Below, piece by piece: positions 24,784 through 34,590 of a stretch of DNA of 64,000 nucleotides (its first letter is position 1; every line of letters begins with the position of its first letter). A program made the position numbers and the translations under genes. This DNA comes from Iphione sp. A-MEVVRFRX5 (Eukaryota), in the NCBI GenBank assembly GCA_976226885.1, contig OZ320313.1:157604001-157668000 (forward strand). The letters run 5' to 3'. The notes under the pieces were generated by a model that made no database searches, was not told the origin of the DNA, and saw nothing but the letters and a program-made list of their open reading frames with translations.

Positions 24784-26882
24784 ATGGCCGAGAGAGATAT
24801 TGAACACCTGAATCAATCATTATCGGAATCTATGCAACCTGGATCACCCGAAGTAGTAATGTTGGAGCCGGCAGAAGGAACATGCAGTGAACCGGTGGAT
24901 GTACCAGCCCCGAAGAGACCCAAAAAAGTGCATTTTAACCCTCTTGTCGAAGTAGAGTATGAGGTAGATGATGAAGACGACCTAGATGATTTCGAGGATG
25001 GTGCAGCCGAATTGCAGACGTTCATTGAAAAAAGTAGGAACCCGCAGACAGTAAAGAAGACAGAACGTGACATTTGGAAGTTGAATGAATTTCTACGGTC
25101 AGTAAATGAACCACGCAACCCTGAGCAGATTCCACCGAAAGATTTAGACATCTTGATGGGGCGTTTCTTCCTACAGATGAAGAAAGCAGACGGCTCACAA
25201 TATGAGCCATCTACACTCACTGCAGTCTATGGAAGTTTCAAGAGATATCTCGAAGAAAAGAAGTATGGAAAATGCATAATGACGGATCCCGCGTTTGCCA
25301 CTTCAAGAAAAGTCATAGACAGCCGAAAGAAACAACTGAAAGCAGAGGGTCTTGGAAGCAAGCCGAACAAAGTGAGTGATTGTTGTAAAAGTAGTGTACG
25401 TACGGCGATTATTAACCCTTGTTCACTGTGAAAACAATATAAAACCCATTGATTTAACCCAGAGAAGGAATATACGAGTATTGTAGCAGCAAACATCCAA
25501 AAGTCACACATCTTCATTCATTTGTTTACATTTGCTGCAAGCAGACGACGCAGGCAGTGTAACGGCACAAAATAATTAACCGGAATGGCATGATTTTTTT
25601 ACTGAAATTAAAATCCTACAAATCATGAACTGTAGTAGTAAAAGTATTTTTTTTTCTATTTGTACAGTCTGACCCAGTAACACCAGAAGAAGAAGAGCAG
25701 CTGTGGAGTCAAAAGATCATGACAGATGACACCCCAAAGGGCCTCCGTAACGCACTCTGGTTCATCTTGACGAAATGCCTTGGTTTTAGGGGCCGTCAAG
25801 AAAGCAGGCAACTGAAATGGGGCGACCTAGTCTGCAAGAAAGATTCTTCTGGAGAAGACTACATAGAATTCCATGAAAGGGTTACCAAGACCCGCCAGGG
25901 AGATGGAAATCACCAACGCCCATTTAATCCCAAGTTATGGCGCAATACAGCACATCCAGAAAGATGCCCGATACACCTATTGAAGGAATACGAGAAGCGT
26001 AGGCCAGCAACAGAGTTGCATACCGACTCACCATTTTTCTTGGGCATAAATTATAAGCGAAAGCCTGAAGCAGAAGTTTGGTTTTCTCGGCAGCCAATGG
26101 GGGCGAATGAGCTAGGCCGCATAATGCGAACCATGGCAGAAGACGGCGGACTCCAAGGAAAAAAAACCAATCATTCGGTCCGTAAAACGGCTTGTACTGC
26201 ACTGCTACACGCCAATGTTGACCCCGTTGTCATCGCCCAACTGTCAGGCCACAAATCCACATCTAGCCTCGCGCATTACTCTGTAGCCAGTTACGAACAA
26301 CAGAAAAATATGTATAAGATCCTAGCTGAGAACACATCTGCAGGTGCACTCGTGCCAGTACAGAAGGACCCCCCTGAGGTAAAGTAGTATTATGATTATT
26401 TTCCATTTCAGCTTCCATTCCTGTAACAAAAGAGGCATTTTGCGCATTCCATTATATGACACAATTAACTAACCAATTTCACATACTTACAGCCACAGCC
26501 CGGTCCATCAGCGGTGGTAGCTGAACTCCCATCCATACCAGAGGCAGCGGCCCCTGTGCCACAAGTCCCAAATTTCGATCTTGGACTAAACTTTGAAGAC
26601 GATGATGACACCATTCCCGCATCTCAGACAGAGACGGTATGTTAGTCACAAATCATGAAACTGATATAGTTTTTCCTGTAATCAACAGCAAATTCCTTCC
26701 AGAGCATCCCAGGTCCGTACACCAGTGCTATACGGGCACATGTTTTCTTTCAGGTGGAGATGGCGATGACAACTCCTGATAAAACATCCAAAGCTATGCG
26801 GATCCAGAAAAGACTTCTCGACGGTTTACTGGCTGGCAACAAGATTGAGAACAGCACGATCAATATCAACATAAACCTGTAA
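24784..26882 (+). CDS. Crypton-A tyrosine recombinase (DUF3504-type; family related to KCTD1/ZMYM/QRICH1), 523 aa; exons 24784-25371, 25668-26378, 26493-26636, 26754-26882
   Basis: ACCATGG start; three GT-AG phase-0 introns that keep the frame open to TAA at 26880-82; catalytic set R (GFRGRQE), K (TKTRQG), HxxR (NHSVR), H (SGHKS), Y (LAHY); Crypton-typical C-terminal NSTININL. Confidence 0.92.
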
Positions 26883-27271
26883 ATTTAATCCAAATTTGGC
26901 CAAAAAGTTATTTGGCGCCTTCCTACGCAGTTGAAAACTGGACGTGTAGTTGTGCAGCCCCGTAACGGGCCAACAAAAAGTTGAAATATATATTTCTATC
27001 AATTGAATTAGTCAAAATAAATTTTTGTGTTTTTCATTATATGAATAAATCATCTTTCTATAACTGTTGCAAAGCATGTTTGTTACTTTTATCATAATTT
27101 GCTATAAAAATAATGAAATGTCAGAAAAAAGTTCACACGAGATTTCAACGAGAAGTCCGTACGCGCAAAAAACAAAACAACAAGATGGCGACCAAAACAT
27201 CTACTCAGTGAGTTCTTTTCTCTCTATATTTTCCTTCAAGAAGCTCCAAAAATCAATTGGCATGACCATAT

Positions 27272-27431
27272 AATAAAAAGAATACGTAGATATAGTGCTG
27301 ATACAACCGGCCGATCTCGCTCAGTCTGGGTAGCTACGCAGACCTCGCCCTGCGGGCTTGGTCTGCTTCGCTACCCAGACTGAGCTCGCCCGGCCGGTTG
27401 TATCAGCACCATATCTACGTATTCTCTTATT
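27272..27431. repeat. Long nested hairpin at the 3' end of Crypton 1
   Basis: Arms gaatacgtagatat(a/g)gtgctgatacaaccggccg / rc, gctcagtctgggtagc / rc, gcagacc / ggtctgc; apex gccc-TGC-gggc (27351-53). Confidence 0.95.
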
Positions 27432-27707
27432 CCTTTAACCTGAGAGCCAAGTACAGTGGAATCTCTATTTCTGACCAGAGGTCGGGTCTGGGCTCAAATG
27501 GTCACAATCGCAAGTTTGGTTTCAAATTGAGTGGATAGGGGGTCAGGGCTGAAAACAATATTCCTTTCTCCGTCTCTCTCTATTGACACATACAAGTAAA
27601 AAAGTACTGAATTTGACAAGTAAGAGTCCAAAAGGTTCTGTATTAGATGATTAAGAGTCTTAAAAGTGCAGCATTTGACAAGTAAGAGTCAAAAAAGGGG
27701 TGATTTT

Positions 27708-28720
27708 CAGGTGTGAGAGACATCACAGAGGTCGCCATTGAGAACCCCGGTCTTTCTCAACAGCCTCTGCAGGCTGTGAGTGACATCAGAGAGGTTGCCG
27801 TTGACGCCCTAAGTCTCTCCCAACCAGCCCCTCCAGGGTGTGAGGTACATCAGAGAATTTGCTGTTAAGGGTCGGTTTCCTTACATGCATTGAGATGCCT
27901 TCACCCGCATTTTTTGTCCACATTAGTATATATGCGTTTTATATGCATTTTCCAATCATGCACCTCCACGCACAGGGGTGTCTGTTGATGTGCATTGTGA
28001 ACTGTGTGTTTGTGTCCGTGAATGATGACCAAAATGGACGAATATGACATAAAAACCACAAAAATGACTACTGACTGCGTCTATGATCCATGAAACCTAT
28101 GATAGATCTTTGATAGATGTAGGAAAAAATGGCAAATGTCATGGAGAGAATGCCAAAAAAACGGCTATTTCATGGAGATTGTGCCAGATTCCATGGAGAA
28201 AGGGCCCCAAAATGGCAAATTTCATGGAGAAAGTGTTGAAAAATGGCTTTTGCATGGAGATTGTGGGAAATTCCATACAGGGAGCAAGTGTGAACAAATG
28301 TGCAGTGATCATGTTTTCTCACCCTTTTTTTCCTGTTTCAAAGACTATCTTCTGTATACCACTGCCCGTTTTCCGTCTGCTTGCATTAAATTATTGGTCA
28401 GGGACCATGAATGAACAACGGATGCCAAATGGATGTCAACCGATGTCAACGCACACGGACACAATTGGCACCCTCTATTAGAATCAACATGACCAATAAA
28501 AATGGACCCGAACAGAGCAAAAATGTACCCAAAACACATAGACACCAATGCATGTAAGGAAACCGACCCTAACTCCCCCAGTCTCCCCCAACCACTCTTT
28601 CAATCATTAACCCAGGTGTGAGGTACATCAGAGAGGTTGTTGTTGACAGCCATGGTCTCTCCCGACCAGCCCTTCCAGGGTGTGAGCGACATCCGAGAGG
28701 TCACCATTGACCCCCCCCCC
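27708..28720. repeat. ~63-bp minisatellite (about 5 units) interrupted by a MITE
   Basis: Recurrent cagg(g)tgtgag..acatc.gagagg at ~27708, 27770, 27835, 28614, 28676. Confidence 0.8.
27869..28569. mobile_element. PIF/Harbinger-type MITE (family A, 701 bp)
   Basis: Perfect 24-bp TIRs gggtcggtttccttacatgcattg; TAA target-site duplication (27866-68, 28570-72). Confidence 0.9.
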
Positions 28721-31344
28721 CTCCGGTCTGCTCTGGCAACTCATTCATCAATTATCCCCGGTGACAGGTCACAAATTGATAGTAAAATGTACCATCATTG
28801 AACCTTTATCAATTAGTCAGACCCTGAAATTGGTTGGCAATTGTTTTGGTTGGAAATCGATGATTGAACAAACTGGTTATGTGTAGAGAAAATTTCCATT
28901 CCAATCTCAATTGGTTGCAATAGCCCATTTGGTAGGAAATTGCAGAGGTTGGTAATCGAGACTCCACTGTACTTTAATTGTATCATTATACTTCACTCTT
29001 AGGCACTACCCAGCCACTTTAATCTAGGTTGTTTTAATTATCAGTTTTCCTGCCTTTTATATTAATTAGCTTAGTTTTACAATGTCACTACATGTATTTA
29101 CTATGTCAAGCAGCTTAACCCTTCTATGCTTTGGTGTTTCTTATTGACTTCCAAATGATCAACTTGTATGCTCTCTGCTACAAAGCCTATTTCTCTTGAC
29201 TGGATTACTATGTAGACATTTTTAACCGTATCTATCATGGGCTGTCTATAGCAGTGACAGCCATAACTAGAATAAGACAGTCTAGATGGAAGGTTCGGGA
29301 CCATGTTATAGTAACTTCAGGTGCTGATGGAGGTATAATTAATCAAGAAGTCAATTAATCAAGAAGGCACCCAGCGCATGTATATACTATGAAATGGACG
29401 TACCTCAATTAAGAAACGGCTGAGATTAATTCCCTTGAATATGTTCTTGAATTCATCTTTGATGATATTTCTCCATTGAGCATTATTTCTATGTATGGCA
29501 GATATGTTTTGCCTTGTACTCTCTCTTATCAAAAGGGAGACTACAGTGAACACAACAGATAACAAGACACAACTTTGTTAGTGACAGTAGAATGCCTCTT
29601 TGCGACCGTACTAACTTGCAACCAACATGTTAAATACTGTTAAGCATTGTATCAATAAACCATGCAATTTGCGACCAAATCAATTCGCAACCAAACCTCC
29701 CTGCAACCACATGTATTGGGGACATTTTCACAGTATTTCAATACTACAGTGAAACCAGAGGTGTCACTACGACCACCCCTCCTTAACAGAACGGAACGTT
29801 TGAAGGGTTATTCACTGTCTAAGGTGTGGGCAGAGGTGTTGGCACAACCACTCTTCCCTAACAGAGCGGGTGACAGAGAATATTCAGAGGCAGGAAATGC
29901 CCGAGCTTGTGCCTAACAGCTGCAGGGGGCTTGATCACCAATAACTTTGAAAGGTATCCATGTCAGAAACTCTATTCCTTCCTATACATGTATGCATACA
30001 ATATATTCCAGTGTATGCAGAATGGCTTTCAAGTGATTCTGTTTTATGTCCTTAGGGCCAGTTTCCAGATTTGCAGTCATACACTCCATTTGCATTGCAT
30101 TTACTTTGACTTTTGAATAGTATTTCATGATCAATGGAGGTATTTCAATATCTGAATTGCATTATTGTGTTTTGGTTTGCATTAAGTTTTCAGTTTACAA
30201 ATATGGACATTACTCAGGAATTTCACACAAACGCATGCAAAACACATAAGTAGGGAAATCACATTACAACCAGATTATTTCAGGTGTGTCTGTGTATAGA
30301 CATAAGGCACTATCACATATGACCGCACTATTTCATACTTTTCATGAATTAATTCCCCTTTTGTGTATTTTTAATGAGTTATTTAGCCTGTGTGGTTGAT
30401 AACACTACATTTATACAGAACACCTTCAACAAACCCCTTTCATGCAAGTCACACAAGCAAACACAATCAAAAAGACATCCCATTGCATTCCTATGCATCG
30501 TTATGGTCGATAATACCATAGCGCAGTGCAAATGCAGTGCACAGATGCAAGTATGGAAACAATCCCTTAGATGTGTTTTCATGTACACATATTTATGATT
30601 TTGAATACATAGCTATGATTTGTGGGAAAAACCAGATACGCAGTATACTATGTCCCTACCCATGTGCCCAGACATATTACATACAGATGCATGAGTGGGG
30701 TGCTGATGGCCAACAACCAATTTTTGGAGCTATGGTTCATATTCATGAACGTTTGGGAGTTAGTCCATTCTGTTGAATACCTGGAAAGACCGTCACACAG
30801 CCTTGTATGGCTGGATACTAAAATACAAAATGGTCATGCAACTGAAAGCCTGAATACGTACATAATGCCATGAAAAACCTCCCTTACATCTGTTTAAATG
30901 TTTCAGCTGATGTTATCCTGCTCTTTATGTTGTTACAGTGATACCGTAATATCCTTGTTGTGTGCCAAACTCAACTCTTAAAAATCTAGACAGCCTTGCT
31001 AAAATATGTCGCCTAGCAAGACTGAAGCTCTTGTGGTTGGCCAGCATTCACATATCTGGCGTCCATTGAGAGTTGCTAATATTCAATACGAACTTTTAAA
31101 AACATCTGCCATATATTTATTCTAAGGGAATGTAAGTTTTCCGTTCTAATGCGATTTAGGATGTTTGTTATATTAAATATAGAGACTAAATACACGTTTT
31201 TAAACGTCAGACTAATCACGGCAATAATTATATTCAACTTTTTGAGAGGATGACGGGGATTGGCAGTTGATACGAAACCGGAACTAGTTCCATAGCAACC
31301 ATTTGGGCGGGCAAATTGATTTGGAATTCACGTCGAGTGAGAAG

Positions 31345-32986
31345 ATGGATCTCCCCAAAAGAGGCGAAATCTGCCATTTAAACGGACGAAATGTAAAAGT
31401 AAAAGAAATCTATCGGCCAGCGGGTTTCGATATGGATGTATGCAACGTGCAGGACGTCCTAACGGGACATAAGAACTCCGTACGATGCGATGAACTAGAG
31501 CGGGAGGCGGTGCCGACTTTCGAGATCGGCCTGGACTTGCTTGCGGTAGAAGATATGGAATTGGAGGAGAATTTGGAAAATGTTGAGAAAAAACCCAAAG
31601 GGGCTGGCAGTGGTAGATTTTATATGCCCGCCGAGGAGGAGGTGAACGCTCTGAAACAGGAGGTCAACCGCAAGGGAACAGTCGACCAGACGAAGTGGGC
31701 TGTCAAAATCCTACGAGGTGCGTATTATTCACATATGTCTTAAGCTGTAGTGAAGTGGGCGGGGCACCCTGAAATAACATGTATTAATTTTTAATACGAT
31801 TATTTTTACAGACTGGCTGACGGATGTGGGCCTGCCGCTGGAGTTCGAGGAATTGGCAGATGGTGAACTCGCTGGGATATTGGAGCGCTTCTACACGGGG
31901 GTACGGAAGAAGGACCTGGAGATGTACTCCAAGTCTGCGTTCAAGAATATACGCTGTGGGATCCAGCGTCATCTGGTTGGGCCCCCATTTTGCAGGAATA
32001 TTAACATTATGAAGGACAGCGCATTCAGACAGGCGAACCTGGCCTATGACGGGTATATGGCCCGCATACGCTCCAGCGGGAACGACAAAACATGCCACAA
32101 ACCTGTCATAGAGCCAGAGGATGTTTCACTGCTCTATGAGAGGCTTTTCAACGACACGCCGACTGGACTACAGAGGAAAGTGTTTTTCGAGCTGTTGTTC
32201 CACTTTGGACGGAGGGGCCGGGAAGGTTTGCGGTACCTGAAGCGGGACTCGTTTAAAATTGAAAAAGATGCAGCGGGTCTGGAATATGTCACCATGAGCT
32301 ACAATGAGGCTGAGAAAACCAGATCGGGCCTCAAAAAAGACGAAGATGACGTAGAAAAGACAATGTATGCACTACCTGAGGAGCCGGGGCGATGTCCGGT
32401 AGCGAGCTTCAGGAAGTATGTGGGGCTACTGAACCCGGCCTGTCCGGCGTTTTTCCAGAGGCCCAAAAAGTTCATCGACTCCAACATGAAGTGTTGGTAC
32501 GATAATAGTCCGGTGGGAATCAACACCTTGTTCAATATGATGGCGACCATGAGCAAGGAGGCGGGCCTGTCGAAGAAATACACCAACCACAGCATAAGGC
32601 GGACATGCGTGACGACCTTGGAGCGTGCAGGATTCTCCGTAGAAAAAATCCAGACGGTAACGGGCCACAAGAGTGCGGCCTCGCTAAAGCACTACTTAGG
32701 AGGACCAAGCAAAATGGTCAAAAAGACCATGTCGAATGCGTTGTCAGTGTATGGAGCCGCAAGTAAGAGTGCAACAGCTGATCGGGAGAATCTGGGTCAG
32801 CCGCAAGTAAAGATGGAGACGGCAGGAGCGTCCGGCGGTGGGGGCGATTCGGATATGGACTTCCCGTTGACCCAGACGGTGCATAAGGTCCATAATACGA
32901 TGAAGAACGAAGAAATCCTGCATACGCTTTTCTCTGGGGCCCCGACTCTGCATAACTGCACTTTCAACATCACGTACAACAAGTAG
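31345..32986 (+). CDS. Crypton-A tyrosine recombinase (KCTD1-like DUF3504 family), 515 aa; exons 31345-31717 and 31812-32986
   Basis: aagATGG start; a phase-1 GT-AG intron (31718-31811) fuses the two track ORFs in frame (KILR-D-WLTDVG); catalytic R (FGRRGRE), K (EAEKT), HxxR (NHSIR), H (TGHKS), Y (LKHY); C-terminal LHNCTFNITY motif. Confidence 0.92.
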
Positions 32987-33352
32987 ACATTACGCTTTGG
33001 AGCGTACCGGCGCTGCGTGTTTACTTTTTTTGAACAAGCCGGAAGTGGTCTGAGTTCACGCGAGAGCGACGATAACTGTTTTTTTCTGTTTGGATTTTTA
33101 AAAATGTTTCGCATTTTGGGCAGAAAACGGACTAAAAATCTTCTATCTTTCTTCTTATTACACTTTGATGTGTCTGTGTTGGTTTGAGGTTAATGTGGAG
33201 TGCGCGCCAATAGGATGAGCGGATACATAATCTGAGAAAAATAAACATCCAAGATGGCGTCCCCGGGTATGGAAATCAGTGTGTCGCTTTGTTCTTTTAT
33301 CTTACATGATATTTCATATTAATTTTTGGGTGGAAATAGCATTAGAACCGAA

Positions 33353-33476
33353 TTTAATGACTCCATTTCGTTTCTGGTGGGCAGTTTAAACACTCAATTC
33401 CTCGGGGTTGGACTGCGTCCAACCCCTCGGTTTCGTGTCTAAACTGCCACACCAGAAACTCAATTCCTTCGTTAAA
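33353..33476. repeat. Nested hairpin at the 3' end of Crypton 2
   Basis: tttctggtg.ggcagtttaaacac / gtgtctaaactgcc.caccagaaa; apex ggggttggac-TGC-gtccaacccc (loop 33414-16). Confidence 0.92.
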
Positions 33477-34299
33477 CCCGACGACTTAAAAACACTGCAT
33501 GGAAAATTGTTATGAATATATGAGGATTTGCATGGAACAGGCTTCAAACACCATCTTGTCAAGTTAATCTAACTGAAAACTAAAGTAGATCTAAATATAA
33601 AACGTAAACGTAAATCATCATTTTCATTAGAAACGTCGGGTTATTTCTAAGTTTAAATGAAACGACCGCAGTGCCGATATTGGAGAGCCAGGCCGGTGTT
33701 GTTTGTATTTTACAGGAGACCTTTATGGAAATCAGAAGACCGATGTAATAAGTGAAATATGATGAGCGTATGGCAGAAATGACAGAACAACTCAATCACC
33801 GTGGTTATTTTTAGAGATGGATCGATTTTTTAAAAATATTACCCCGACAACTTACCACGATGGACTCATTCGCTTTAATCACCAAGATTCCAACCAGTCT
33901 GTCATCCCCACATACTAACATCATAGTCTCCCAGTACCACTTAAATTTAGACGTTGCACACATCAGGGCTCTACCTTGACGGATGTATACAGTAATATGC
34001 CACAATAGAGACAGCCTCTCGTTTCCGGCCTGATTTCAACTCATGTCCATTCAGTTTCTACGTAAAATTCAGACGCTGTGCATATCATAGGTGTCTGTAA
34101 AATTCCAGCGTAATTGTTTTATTTATCAAGTTGCAGACGGCTTGTCCAGACCATTTCTCGGCCCGGCTGTCATCAAGACGCAAATCTTGGAGTAAAATGT
34201 CTAACATCTATCTTACATATCCGCCATGTGGGATGGAGAAGCAGTCTTGTTCTCGTAAGCTGATTTAATCGAATACACATTTTCACTCTGTCGTCATCT

Positions 34300-34590
34300 G
34301 TTTGCGCTTCCCTTTCTCTTTCCCTGTCCATGCCTTGGCCCCTCTTTCCATTTTTCCTCCTTCTGTGCCCTCTCCCTCCTGCCTCCCCCAGTCCCCACCC
34401 CACCTCTCTTTTGCCATCCTTTCTCTCTCCTTCGATGTTTCTCAACGTGTCACTCCGTACTCCTTCCTCCCTCCATTTCCCTTTCTCCTGCCGGTAACAG
34501 TCCATTCTAGTTTTCTCTCCCCTCTTTTCTTTCCCTCTAGCCTATCTCTCTCTCCTCATATCCTCTCTTCTTTCCTCCGTCTGCCGCCTT
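34300..34590. repeat. Low-complexity polypyrimidine (CT-rich) tract
   Basis: Strong C/T strand bias by inspection. Confidence 0.8.

Larger units (their letters stand above)
24615..27431 (+). mobile_element. Crypton-A DNA transposon 1 (full length, ~2.8 kb)
   Basis: Contains a 4-exon YR gene; TTATT terminal direct repeats (24615-19, 27427-31); 23-bp inverted repeat 24615-24637 / 27254-27276 (22/23); 160-bp 3' hairpin 27272-27431. Confidence 0.85.
27454..28969. mobile_element. Possible Tc1/pogo-like non-autonomous element (TA|CAGT termini) hosting a minisatellite and a MITE
   Basis: tacagtggaatctc (27452-65) vs gagactccactgta (28958-71), 13/14 inverted match. Subterminal sequences do not continue to match, so the two ends may belong to different copies. 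Confidence 0.4.
31139..33476 (+). mobile_element. Crypton-A DNA transposon 2 (~2.3 kb; exact termini uncertain by a few bp)
   Basis: Contains a 2-exon YR gene; 17-bp inverted repeat 31139-31155 / 33336-33352 (15/17); 3' hairpin 33353-33476. Confidence 0.8.

Noticed and set aside
24601-27454. 8-bp direct repeat ccaagtac flanking Crypton 1 as a TSD
   Set aside because: Asymmetric to the ends defined by TTATT and the junction-complement match, and YR elements do not make such TSDs. Probably chance or an older event.
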